A stretch of DNA of 64,000 nucleotides, taken from NCBI GenBank assembly GCA_964106645.2, contig OZ067048.1; one strand, 5' to 3'. This document shows, one piece after another, positions 12,713 to 23,192 of this stretch. The notes under the pieces were generated by a model, which saw only the letters and a program-made list of their open reading frames with translations, made no database searches and was not told the origin of the DNA. This DNA is from Podarcis pityusensis. Its lineage: Eukaryota. Numbering within the stretch: position 1 is the stretch's first letter; every line of letters begins with the position of its first letter. Position numbers and translations under genes: made by a program.

Positions 12713-15700
12713 TTATACCCTGCCCATCTGGCTGGGTTTCCCCAGCCACTCAAGGCGGTTTCCAACAAAAGATTTAAAAATACATTAAAATGTCAGACAT
12801 TAAAAACTTCCCTAAATACTAACTAGTTAAGAAATCACAGTGCAATCTGCATTATTTATTTATTTTTATAATTAAATGTTAGCCAGTGGTGGAGCTTCAC
12901 TTGCTCCTTTGCCATTACCCGGTTGGTGCAGAAGAACTAGAAGCCTTCACATAGTGCTCTTGGTCTACATGGACTTTCTTCCCTTCTAATGTCACAGTTA
13001 CCACTGGGAATCCTTTCTGCAGTGTCCAAGTGTCCATCATGGTCTTCACATCATGAAGCCAATTTTGGGTCCAGTGCTATAAATCAGGGACAAAAATATG
13101 AACTGAGATGCTAGGAGATGCTGCTCACTGGGCAGTAGCAGCAAAGAGATAAAAATTACAAATCTGTCTTATCTGTATGACTTTCCATAGTTAACAATAG
13201 TGTGGGATGACATTTTTGACGTATGGCAGAGAAACATTTAAGAATGAAAGTATATGGTTTCCTGTAACATTAAAATGGTGACAAAAACCAGTTCCATTTT
13301 TGCATCAATGCTAACCACACAAAGAATAAAGCTGGTTGGAGGTGGGATCTGATTTCCACTGAAGTACAGGTTTCGAACAATTCAGAAAGATTGCAAGGTT
13401 CAGCTATGATAAGAAACCATAGTTTCTGGTTACATCTATGAGTTGCAGAGATCCTTTCCCCTCTTTCACACGTGCAGGATCATGGAGAACTCTCACTTCC
13501 AGTTTTAAACTAAGCAGTTCTGCATGACGTCTGAAGCTGATGAACTGTGGTTTGTTTAAAGCAGTAGTGGCCAAACTTGGCCCTCCAGCTGTTTTTGGAC
13601 TACAGCTCCCATCATCCCTAGCTAACAGGAACAGTGGTCAGGGATGATGGGAACTGTAGTCCCAAAACAGCAGGAGAGCCAAGTTTGGCCACCACTGGTT
13701 TAAAGTATGGTTTTAGAACAACCTATCTCAAACCAGTGTTCAATCATGCCTTCTTCCTAACCATAGTTTAAATAAACTACAGCTCACTGTCTCTGGATTT
13801 AACTGAGAATTGCAGATTGCTTAAAATCAGCAGAAAGAGATTCCAATCTCTTCCTCAGGGGCATGAAAGGGAGCCAGAGGCTCATCATAACTTGTTCATG
13901 TAGAAGGAAACCATTAATGTAGAGCGTGAGGTGCTGATGCTTTCTCCTAAGTAACAAATTCCTTGGTCTCTGAATATCAGTTAAGTGTTATGCACCCTCA
14001 CTCGTGGAAAGGGTGGCTACTCCCTCTTTAGTAAGAAATTTATAAATTTCTAAACAGAAATACAGTACGCAATAAAACACAAACTCACGGAAGTTGAGAT
14101 TGTCTCCTGGCTTCTGCCACAAACCCCATCATTTTGTCCTCGACCTGCTGCTTCTGCAGGGCAACCCTAGCAACAAAACTCAGAAATTAGGTACCTAAGG
14201 CTTCAAAACACGTGCAACAATACCGCTCAAAGAGCAATTCTGGCTAGCAATGCTTTGATAATTATGACATTGCTCACTAAGTATGCTGGTAGAAAACGTG
14301 CAAGAAATACTTACACCTGACAAGCTGTTCCACAAATCTTTGTTTTCTGTGTTTTGATAGCTGAATTGTGACAGATATTTTGTAATTCCAGCTCTAAACA
14401 CTTCTGGGCTGATATAATGCAGTAGCATATTTAGAAGACAAGCACCCTGAAAAGAGGGGAGTGAAACGATAAATTCTACACTTGCTTTTTCAATGTCTGC
14501 TTATCTACATCTGGAGCAAAAAGATGTTCAGGTGCTCTGATTAGGACACTCCTAAGCCCTAATCTTTCATAAAGTTCTCATCTTTGGGTTCTGGCTTTTA
14601 CATTAGATTTTTGTCCATATAAATTAAAACAAATGCTACAGAACATATTCATTATGTGTTTGATGGTTGAGGGAAGGAGTGCATTTACACAGAATAAAAT
14701 AAATAGTGTAATGAACTGTGCATAAGGGCAAAAAGGTGGGTCGATATCCTCAAAATATTAGGACACATGGAGCCCCTGAGAGCTTATAAGAATCTCATCA
14801 GAACTAAGGAAAGAATACATAAATAAGAATTTTTTTTAAATTTTACCTTCTCATAGGAAACACTATCAAACATTTCTAGAATCTGAGATGGATCTTCAAC
14901 AGGGGTCGATATAGGATGTGAAGAATTTAAGGCGTCTACCTCCATAGCAGAGAAATAATTGTTTAAAAAATGATCTTCCTAATAAAAGAAAAACAAAGTA
15001 CTTGTTTAATAGGGTTTGAAGGTCACTTTTAAAAATTACTTATTGTCATTTTTCAGAGGTTTTACATAAAGTTAACAAAACCAAAGAACTACAATTATCA
15101 ACTCAGGAGATACCATCACCTTTGTAATAATAACAATTCACACATTATAATGGTAATCGTTTGTATAAATTTGGGGTAGAGGGAGAATGGGTATCATGAA
15201 AGACTTAGGAACTGGTCTTCTGTTTTCTGGTGAATTTGTAAAGGCAATTAAGTTCCACCACTCTCTATCAAGTGTCCTTGTGTTTTACTGTTCTTGCAAG
15301 TCTTAACTTGTGTGTTAGCTGTTTTAGTGTGTCATTTAAAAGTATAGCTGAAAAGCTATCAGTGTTTTTACTTAATTTCTATGACAAAAATATTTGTACT
15401 CTTTATTAATTAATTAGCAGATTGATATCCTGCCTTTCCATCATTTGGCAACTGCTTTTTGATTTTGAAACACAGCATGTACCTAAGCATGCAAGTTTGT
15501 AAATTAAAAGAAAAATAAATTTTGAACCCCCCCCCCTCAAATTACCTGACTGATTTTCAGAGGGGGTAAACTTGTTAGTCTGCTTCACAAAAAAGAAGGA
15601 GTTTTGTGGCACCTTAAAGATTAATACTTATTATACCATAGGCTTTTTTGTGCTAGAGTTCCCTTTATAACGGGGTCCTCAAACTTTTTAAACAAGGGGC

Positions 15701-18700
15701 CAGTTCACGGTCCCTCAGATACTGTTGGGGGGAGGGCTATAGTTTGAAAAAAATATGAATGAATTCCTATGCACACTGCACATATTTTATTTGTGGTGCA
15801 CAAAAAACAGGAAAAACTATACATTATTTAAAATGAAGAATGATTTTAATCAACATAAACTTATAAGTATTTCAATGGGAAGTATGGGCCTGCTTTTTGC
15901 CAGTATATGAGAACATCGCAGCTGCAGACAGCCAGCTTGTTGACATCACAAGATGCGGCTAGCTGTGGGAAAGAAGATTCCCGGAAGTTCACAGGCTTCT
16001 CAGAGCTCTGTGAAGAGTGTAATTTGAGACCTTCCGTTTGCGTATGTACAGGAAGTTTGTTGGACTTGCTGGATGAAGTTTGAAGTGGTCGGACATGATT
16101 TCTGTAGTGCTGTAATGTCAGAAATAAACATCATGTAAATAGATTTCTGACTACTCTTCTTTCCCTGCTAGGGAAGCAGGAGGAGGGGGTGTGCATTTAC
16201 CCACGCTGGGAAAATGTCGCCTATCAAAATCTCCCTGGTCTGTCCGGGAATTCAGCCAGAGGAGGTTACCGGTAAACGAGCTCCGAGAGCAGTGAGAGGG
16301 GCCAGCCTCTCCGGAGGGGGTTTGTAAACCAACACTTTTGGCTAATGAGATGGTCGTTAGATGGATATCTATATAAGGGAATGCGCAGCGCCGGATATCG
16401 CATCGACAGAGATGCAGAAAATTGAGTCTGCTCAGACGCAGAAAATGATCCAACCCACGGTGGGGGCTCTGAGGCAGTGAACCAACCCAGGCAAGGTAAG
16501 CCTTGCCAGCTCCTGGCCTAGAGCGAGTAAGGGAGCGCTGAACAGGGAGGAGGGCCGAGGAGACCCTCACACCCTTTCCCCCGCCTCCTCTGTGCTAGGG
16601 GTGGTGGTGGTGCTGCCGCCCTCCGAGGCCATAGACCCGTTAAGACAGTGGTGGATTCTGTAACTCCCGGGTTGGGCCGGGTTCAGGACCCTGGCAGCGA
16701 GATCTGGCCCGCAAACCATAGTTTGAGGACCCCTGCTTTATAAGTGCATGAAGTGTTATCCTAAATTGGCAGGAATATACACATACACGTGTAATATATA
16801 TATAGAGAGAGGAAAAATGTAAGCAGTGAAATCAGGGGGAAATGAAATGTGAAAAATATTGACAGTGACAATTATGTTAAAGTGGATGTAAAACCATTAC
16901 AGTGATGTATTTTTGTTAAACAATTATAGGCCGTTCACACATCAGCGTTGATGACAGCACACACATCCTGACATTGGCAAGCTAATTGTCACTTGTAGTG
17001 GGATAATTACATGTTATCTCAATTCTGGTGACTGAAGTGCTACCCTATTAAGAATGTTATTTCACCTGTCACCTGAAATAAGGTAGCAGCTTTTATCTCA
17101 AATTAGCTTGCCAATGCCAGGATGCTTAGTTGCTCAAGAGGGACGTGTCCTTTATCAGTCTCCCAGCCCTGAAACTCATGCTGCCCCCATGCCCCACCCC
17201 ATATACATGAATAGCAGTATATGACTTGTGGTCCAGGGTGTCTGGAGTTATGGACAAGAATCTTTTCAGGTGATTGTTGCTGGTTTGACTTATTTCCAAT
17301 AATAATAATAGTTCTATAATCTTCAGCGAGCAATCAACATTGATTTTAAGAAACATTTTAGTATTATAAAAACTGGAATGTTAATACTCACAACTTTCAG
17401 TTCTGGGTGGGTAACATTTACAGACAGAAATTCCATAAAATTTGCAAATCCTTCATTGAGCCAGAGATCATTCCACCATTCCATGGTGACTAGATTTCCA
17501 AACCACTGCAAGAGAAAACATCTGATAGCAGAGATTTTCAACTGTTTTAAATTAATCCTCTGGTGCCTTCATTACACTGAAGAATCCACTGACTAGCGCA
17601 GCTATCAAGTTCATGTAAAAAATTAGTGATAACTTACCTGGTGAGCAAGTTCATGGGCTATAACCAAGGTAATTCCAAGTCTACTTGACGCTGAGGATTT
17701 TTCAGGATCGTATAACAAAGCAGATTCCCTGTATGTAATCAATCCCCAATTTTCCATTGCACCAGACTGAAAATCGGGAATAGCTGCAAGGTCTGCAAAT
17801 ACATTTTGAAAAAGTTGTCCCTCATACCTACTCACTCCATTTATAAATTCACAAGTCAACTTTGAAAGTAAACATATACATAGGTAGGTTTCGTTTGCAT
17901 GTATGTGTAACTTAGATCAACATTTCTATCAAAAGTAAAGTAGCGAGTTTACCTTGCTTAGGCAGAGGATATGGAATGCTAAAATATCCCTCATAGAAGT
18001 CTAACAGTTTTACTGCTGCATCCAAGGCATAATCCAGTTGGTTGATCACATGTGGTACAGCATATACTGAAACCTAAAATCATCACCAACAACAAAACAC
18101 AAACATTGATGAATTCTGAACTCCAACTTAAGAAAATATAAAAGATAATTAATTTGTTAACACCTTAAAATGAGAGTAAAGTTGAAATGTATCCAACATT
18201 TGATTTAGCTTTTCCTACCTTCTGTGCATAGGTAAACTCCTGTAAAAACCAATGGCAGAGGATATGTTTCTTAGGAAGACATAGTCCTGATCCATTCACT
18301 TCCGGGGTGGCGCCACCGGCAATGGCGGACTCCCTCTGAATTGGAGGGACTAGCTCTGCATGAAACGGGTCTTTCCGCTGCGGCGTAGCGGGGACCCTTC
18401 TGGAAATCACAGGCAGATGAAGCCTGTGACCGTGGGACTCGACGGGCACCCTTAGCGCCCCCCCAACCCACAAAGGAACCCACAAACGGGCTCCGAAGTG
18501 AAGAGGGGGAAGTGGCGCAGTGCTGTGAGTCAATTGCTTTTTCTGCGGAGCGAAGCCGCATAGTCGTTGCCGGAGAGCGCTGCCTTTTTCCTGGGACAAT
18601 TTGGCATTTAAAACAACCAACCGTGAGTACTGGAACATTGAATATTTGGACTTCAAATAAGAACTGGCGAAATAAAAAGGAATCTGGACTTAAAAATTAA

Positions 18701-21700
18701 CCCTAATTTGGTACTGAAATGGGAAGGTTTAAACAGGAAGTCACCCTCCCGTTTCCTCGTAGTCAGAACAAAGCAAAGACAACGCAAATTAGAGCCTTAA
18801 AAATCACTTTTAAAGGATCAACTTTCATCATTTAAAATCGCTGAACCCCCCCTTCGGTAGCAGGGGAAGAAGGGGGACCTTTTCTGAGCTGCTTAAACCT
18901 GCAGAAGTGAATCTAAAGCAAAGTAATTTTCCACCGTCCTGACCCTGGAGCGGGGTGTCAGAATTGACGTTTGAAACTCATTGACCAGAAACAAATGTCT
19001 TTTGACAGATAGTTAAAAGAAGAGAAACATTGTGACTCCATTGTTTCCCTTCGTCTTTTAAAAGAACAAATATGGACAAAATATCTTAAAAAAGAAACTT
19101 TGTTGCTATTGTTTTCAAGAAAAAGAACAACCAGAAGTTTTTCCCCCTAGTGGGGAACTGTGAAATTGTAACTAATTCCTGGGAACTTGCAGCTGTCACT
19201 GATTACAACTGTGGGAAAGGATTTGTGACCTTGTAGGACAATGTCTTCAGAAGCACTGTTGGGTGCTTTCTGTAAAATAAATGCCCTATTGGATCAGTTA
19301 AGTCAGAAGACGGATTTCATGACTAATGCGGCCAGAACCTTTGAACAGGTAGTGGGAAACTATATGGAGCCCACCCAGGAATCAAAACAGGAGCGTGCCA
19401 TGACAGAACAACTGAAAGAAGAGGACCTTGCTGAATCTTGGGCGCCAGAGACGGAGGGAGTTGCGGCCCAGCAGGAATATAAACTCTTGGATTTGATAAA
19501 TGAACTTGGAAAAAATCAGACTTGGAAAGATAAAATCTGGTTTGGTTTGGAAATGGGGGGTTGGATAGACCCCCCTTTACAGGGAGATTTGGACTTTTCA
19601 AGTCTGGAAAGGGGCCGCCAGATGTTTGGAGCTGTGGGGGCTCTCAACTTTGAAGGGAATCTGGAGCATGCTTGTAAATACTACATCGAGCTATGGAAAA
19701 GGGATCGTCTTGCTGAAAAGGGTCAAAAACACTACCAAGCCGGAGTTCCCACGAATAAAAGGGAAATATAAAGAAGATGTACGAAAGGGACATGGAAGAG
19801 ACTTGAGGGCCTCGGATATAAGATTGCCAGGTTAATGTGCTAGATTAATAGGATAAAAAGGACTGACAAAACCCGGGACCAGGAGGAAGGGACATTGGAT
19901 GAAGACTGGATTGCTTTTTTCTTTTCTTTTTATCATTAGGACTGTTTTATAAAATTGATGAATGTTAGGAAAATGTTGAAATGAAACTATTTGGCTCTTA
20001 TAAAAATGTCTAAAGAACTAGGTAAGAATGTTATGGTTTAGGAGAAGTTGGTAAAAATTAAGATTTAAGTTTTAAACTTTAAGGTTTTGTATAAGATAAG
20101 ATGAAAATAGATCAAGGTAATGTGATGACAGAATACTATGAATTATGGAAAGGATTTGCTGTGATTATTATAAAACAGGATACAGGAAAAGGGAGGAGGA
20201 GGAGGTCAAGGAAAGAAGGTATTGAAAGTGGAGAATTGGAGAATGATGGTTTTATTTTTATTTTTATTTTTCTCTTTTCTTTTTCTTTTTCCTTTTCTGT
20301 CTTGTTTTTTCCTTTGTGTAATTCTTTAAAAAAAACAACTCTTTTTTCAATAAATATCATTTTTTTTTAAAAAGAGTCCTGATCCATTCAAATTAAAGGA
20401 CTCCGAAGGTGGATCTTAATTTAGCAAAAAATACACTAACAATGGCAGTGAAAGTATCTATATCTTATATAACCTTTTTAACCTTGTCAAACCCTGGAAT
20501 CAAGAAAATTTTATTTTGTGGAGGTTGCTTGTGGAGATTCTGACTAAGGATCAGGCAGAACTTTCTGACGGTAAGAGCTGTTCAACAGTGGAATGGTCTC
20601 CCTCGGGAGGTGATGCTCTCTCCTTCCTTAGAGGTTTTTAAGCATAGGTTGGGTGGCTATCAACTGCAGAAAGTTGAGCTAGATGACCCTCAGGCATGGC
20701 CGTGGCCAAGTGGGGGCAGGGGAGCAGTTGGCTCCCCTAGATCAAGTAAAACAATAGAAATACTGACAAATCATATTGGTTCTAACCTGCCCCCCAAGTC
20801 CTGCCCCCCTAACAAAGTCATGCCACTCCCTAACAAAATTCTTGTCTATGCCCATGCCCTCAGGGCACTTTCCAAATTAACAATTCCATGATTCTATAGG
20901 GAAGAGCTACTGTGGTGGGTAGAGAGTTGAATTTGGATAGGGACCAAGTTCAAATGTTTGCTTAGAAATGAAGTACACAGGATTACCCTGGGGCAGTGGC
21001 TGTATGTATCTCATACTAAGCTACCTCATGGTGTTTTAGCGCAGATAAACTGAAAGTCTAACTAGGAAAGATGAAGTGCCCTGTGACTGCCTTTATTATT
21101 ATTTTTTAATTTAAAGGCACATTATCTCATTATCCAGATGCTCAGTCTTTTTTGCAACTGCATGTACTCAAGCTTTTTAATTTTTATCCCAGCAGTTTAG
21201 AAAATTAAGCATTACTGGTACACATTTCTACCAACAAATGTAAACAGCTGTGCAATGGCTGCTATCCATATAACTGATGCTTAACAAATGGAGCACGACC
21301 ACTGCAAGTCTAAACTTTTGCTTCTTATAGCATTGTAATAGACGTTTTGAGAACTACTGAAAAAATATTTCAAATTCTATAGGGTTGGATCCAAAGTTAG
21401 TCACAACCAATTTAAGCACCATTGATTTCAATGGATCTACTCTAAGTATGACTAAGTCTAGCTCTAACCCATAATAATTTCTTTAAAACCTTTCCAGGCT
21501 CTAATTACTTTAAAAATTGAAACTGCTACAATTTTAAAATATCAATATGCAACACTTCAGTTGATAGGAAAAGTTTACCTTAATTCCACGGGAAGTCATC
21601 TTGGAAACGGATTTGAAATCTGAAACAATGAAGGCCACTAGGTAAGTGCTCATCTTTACACTGACATCAAAACGGTCTTCAATGAGCTGCCCTCCAATGT

Positions 21701-23192
21701 TTACGGATTCCACCTAAAAAATGTAAAAACTATTACATTTCAACTCTAGCTCTGAAGTACATTCATTACTTCTGGTCTTGCGCGCGCGCGCGCACACACA
21801 CACACACACACACTATATATATTATCTCCCTCATAGCTCTTTTAAATGCTTTCTCCATTTCACAGTTGCAAACCTACATCTAAGAAGAAGCTAGAAACAG
21901 ATCAGTTAAGAAGGGCAACCTAGCAGGAGAGAATTGCCCCCTATTTCTAGCCCTACTCAACAGATTTACACTTTTCCAGCACATGAATATATTCATTTTT
22001 AAATTCTGCTTTGCTTTCTTATGTGAGCACCAAAAGTGAACACAACAGGAGCATAAACTCCTACGAGATACGGTTTATAGTGTACAACGGTAATGTTTTC
22101 TACGTTACTTTGCTTTATCTTGCTCAACTAGGCAGATCAAAGAATACAAAGTATACACCTACAATGGGCATATTGGATAGTGCAAGATGTTTCGGTTCTC
22201 TTATGATCTTAATAGAAAATTTAGCTTTGAATGCAGGCTCATCAAAGCAAGGGAAAGCCATACGTGCAGCTGTTGCTTCAAACTGTGTTGCTGCAAGCAC
22301 CCTGGAATTAAGAAACAGAATACATGACATATATGCTTTGTTAGTAGTACAGTACATAGTAGTACAGTAAAAATATTCAAAGATGAACATTTCACCTAAT
22401 GAATAGAAATCAGCTTGCATTTCTTCATTGAAGAAAGAGATATTTAAAAAACTTTTAACAGTGTATTAAGATGCAGATTGCATTATGCTAATGAAATTTA
22501 CTTTGATATAAATATGCATATGACTGCAACCTAAAGGTGCTTCCAGACAGGTATTTAATGTGGGATTGGAGCTCCTCACATATGCAAGTTTTTTGCGTGT
22601 GTTTTGCAATTCTATATGACACGAACTTTATAAACACAGAAGCAATGAATCACAGGAAACAGGAAGGTCAAAAAGATACATACAAATCTAAATGAAAATA
22701 GTCTTACCTTACTTCTCCTTCTGGAGTTCTATATGAGCTTTTATAGAATCCATGAAAACTGTCCGAGAGATTAGCAGAATACTCAATGCTAATAATGTAC
22801 TTGTGCTCAATTTGCAGTGGTTCAGTAGCAACGAGTGCAATCTGTTCATATGGTGGGTATTCTAAAACAGTCACTTCTTTATCAGCATCAGGGGATCCTG
22901 TTGCTCCTTGGATGGTAGCTTTAGTGATCTGGAGATATTTGCTGTGCAGGATGACTGAGCTAGTTTGTTCAGTTACCATAATCTCTATTTTGGCCAGTCC
23001 AGTAAAAGTTAAAGTGGTGAGATTTGGATGAATAAGAAGATCATAATGAACTGGGACGACATGCTTGGGAAGCCTACTTTTATTCCAAGGAAACTGATTA
23101 CTTCCACCTCCAGTGCTTGAATCTGTTGTTTGGCTATTGAGATTACAGCTCAAAAATGGAACAAGACTTAAAATGACTAGCAATAGAAACAT
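5154..23192 (-). CDS. ERAP1: Endoplasmic reticulum aminopeptidase 1, complete CDS in 18 coding exons (933 aa)
   Basis: M1 aminopeptidase motifs FQSGAMEN and HELAH-x18-E (WLNEG), S1 Gln (ATQFE), exon-10 two-Cys loop. All introns GT-AG with compatible phases; exon lengths 485,139,135,121,155,114,132,132,78,158,80,184,157,185,162,141,82,162 sum to 2802. FQSGAMEN and [10 protein letters not shown] fit ERAP1 better than ERAP2. Confidence 0.95.
5829..5910 (-). CDS. ERAP1: ERAP1 exon 18 ([21 protein letters not shown]...LEE)
   Basis: 82 nt, AG / GTAAG boundaries. Confidence 0.94.
6003..6143 (-). CDS. ERAP1: ERAP1 exon 17 ([17 protein letters not shown]...[14 protein letters not shown])
   Basis: 141 nt, AG / GTAAG boundaries. 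Confidence 0.94.
6371..6660 (-). mobile_element. L2/CR1-group LINE 3' fragment with (ATT)n tail; further copies at about 11213-11435, 12681-12820, 25440-25590 and (opposite strand) 26015-26105
   Basis: Recurrent ccatctggctgggtttccccagccactctgggcggcttccaaca...cagggctgccttcagatgtc motif next to AAT microsatellites. Confidence 0.7.
7227..7440. mobile_element. Tc1/mariner-pogo-type MITE inserted at the ERAP1 exon 16 donor
   Basis: TA|CAGTCATACCTC ... GAGGTTCCACTG|TA; TA duplications 7225-26 and 7441-42. Confidence 0.8.
7448..7609 (-). CDS. ERAP1: ERAP1 exon 16 ([24 protein letters not shown]...NKEKLE)
   Basis: 162 nt, AG / GTGAGT boundaries; absent from the ORF track, translated by hand. Confidence 0.94.
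7802..8313 (+). mobile_element. Solo LTR (512 bp) nested in a CR1-type 3' tail
   Basis: TGTG...CACA termini, 5-bp TSD GCCCC/GACCC (1 mismatch), CCAAT 7853, GC box about 7867-7878, TATAAAA 7888, AATAAA 8163. Flanks rejoin into the CR1 tail ggactagatgaccctt..cccttccaactct. Confidence 0.8.
8717..8901 (-). CDS. ERAP1: ERAP1 exon 15 ([16 protein letters not shown]...[10 protein letters not shown]...GNF)
   Basis: 185 nt, conserved Cys pair, AG/GT boundaries. Confidence 0.95.
9005..9031. repeat. (CA)n microsatellite
   Basis: Direct observation. Confidence 0.95.
9591..9747 (-). CDS. ERAP1: ERAP1 exon 14 ([12 protein letters not shown]...[14 protein letters not shown]...QLK)
   Basis: 157 nt, AG/GT boundaries. 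Confidence 0.95.
10340..10470 (-). mobile_element. Degenerate SINE with 5S rRNA-derived head and LINE-like tail
   Basis: 10419-10459 gtctcccatccagacactgactagacccagccctgcttagc matches the reverse complement of 5S rRNA (gtctcccatccaagtactaaccaggcccgaccctgcttagc), the A/C-box region. Confidence 0.6.
11682..11865 (-). CDS. ERAP1: ERAP1 exon 13 ([17 protein letters not shown]...NDRASLI)
   Basis: 184 nt, AG/GT boundaries. Confidence 0.95.
12172..12251 (-). CDS. ERAP1: ERAP1 exon 12 ([13 protein letters not shown]...TKT)
   Basis: 80 nt, LWHVPLTY motif. Confidence 0.95.
12919..13076 (-). CDS. ERAP1: ERAP1 exon 11 (HWTQ...[16 protein letters not shown]...)
   Basis: 158 nt, WTLQKGFP motif. Confidence 0.93.
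13562..13697. mobile_element. Palindromic hAT MITE
   Basis: Near-perfect hairpin, 8-bp TSD GTTTAAAG on both sides. Confidence 0.92.
14089..14166 (-). CDS. ERAP1: ERAP1 exon 10 ([26 protein letters not shown]), two-Cys loop
   Basis: 78 nt phase-0 exon with AG / GTGAGT boundaries, two Cys as in the mammalian exon-10 loop. Confidence 0.88.
14315..14446 (-). CDS. ERAP1: ERAP1 exon 9 (GACLLNML...DLWNSLSG)
   Basis: 132 nt, AG/GT boundaries. Confidence 0.95.
14847..14978 (-). CDS. ERAP1: ERAP1 exon 8 (EDHFL...[10 protein letters not shown]...MFDSVSYEK)
   Basis: 132 nt, catalytic Tyr region, AG/GT boundaries. Confidence 0.95.
15671..16735. mobile_element. Non-autonomous hAT/Charlie element with OC1 (OposCharlie1)-like ends and unrelated internal sequence
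   Basis: TIRs (C)GGGGTCCTCAAACT / AGTTTGAGGACCCCTG, perfect 8-bp TSD CTTTATAA (15663-70, 16736-43). Left ~230 bp resembles my recollection of the OC1 terminus. Confidence 0.85.
17392..17505 (-). CDS. ERAP1: ERAP1 exon 7 ([21 protein letters not shown])
   Basis: 114 nt, third zinc ligand Glu. Confidence 0.97.
17638..17792 (-). CDS. ERAP1: ERAP1 exon 6 (GAMEN and HELAH motifs)
   Basis: 155 nt, [11 protein letters not shown]...AHELAHQ. Confidence 0.97.
17953..18073 (-). CDS. ERAP1: ERAP1 exon 5 (VSVYAVP...[11 protein letters not shown])
   Basis: AG/GT boundaries, 121 nt, PYPLPK motif. Confidence 0.95.
18299..20374 (+). mobile_element. ~2.1 kb non-autonomous L1-derived retroposon with a single ORF (copy A, ERAP1 intron 4)
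   Basis: 16-bp TSD AGTCCTGATCCATTCA (18283-98, 20375-90), GC-rich 5' end with ETS/YY1-like motifs, ORF 19241-19771 continuing after a frameshift to 19835, AATAAA 20349 plus T/A tail. Confidence 0.88.
19241..19835 (+). pseudogene. ORF of retroposon copy A (~197 aa when one frameshift near the A5 run at ~19725 is corrected)
   Basis: Homologous along its length to ORF 54898-55515; ends [16 protein letters not shown]. Confidence 0.75.
20695..20856. mobile_element. hAT-type MITE nested in a CR1 tail (about 20550-20900)
   Basis: CATGG..CCATG TIRs, 8-bp TSD CCCTCAGG; same family as 42027-42190. Confidence 0.85.
21579..21713 (-). CDS. ERAP1: ERAP1 exon 4 (VESVNIGG...[14 protein letters not shown]...GIK)
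   Basis: AG/GT boundaries, 135 nt, MSTYLVAF motif. Confidence 0.95.
21779..21822. repeat. Compound (GC)n(AC)n(TA)n alternating purine-pyrimidine tract
   Basis: Direct observation. Confidence 0.95.
22163..22301 (-). CDS. ERAP1: ERAP1 exon 3 ([22 protein letters not shown]...SNMPI)
   Basis: AG/GT boundaries, 139 nt, M1 motif. Confidence 0.95.
22708..23192 (-). CDS. ERAP1: ERAP1 exon 2 (first coding; exon starts 23271): signal peptide and N-terminal domain MFLLLVIL...YRTPEGEV
   Basis: Acceptor at 23273-23272, ATG 23192, [20 protein letters not shown], donor GTAAG at 22707. Confidence 0.93.

Noticed and set aside
5154-23192. Calling the - strand gene ERAP2
   Set aside because: Gln in [20 protein letters not shown] and the orientation relative to CAST and LNPEP all fit ERAP1.
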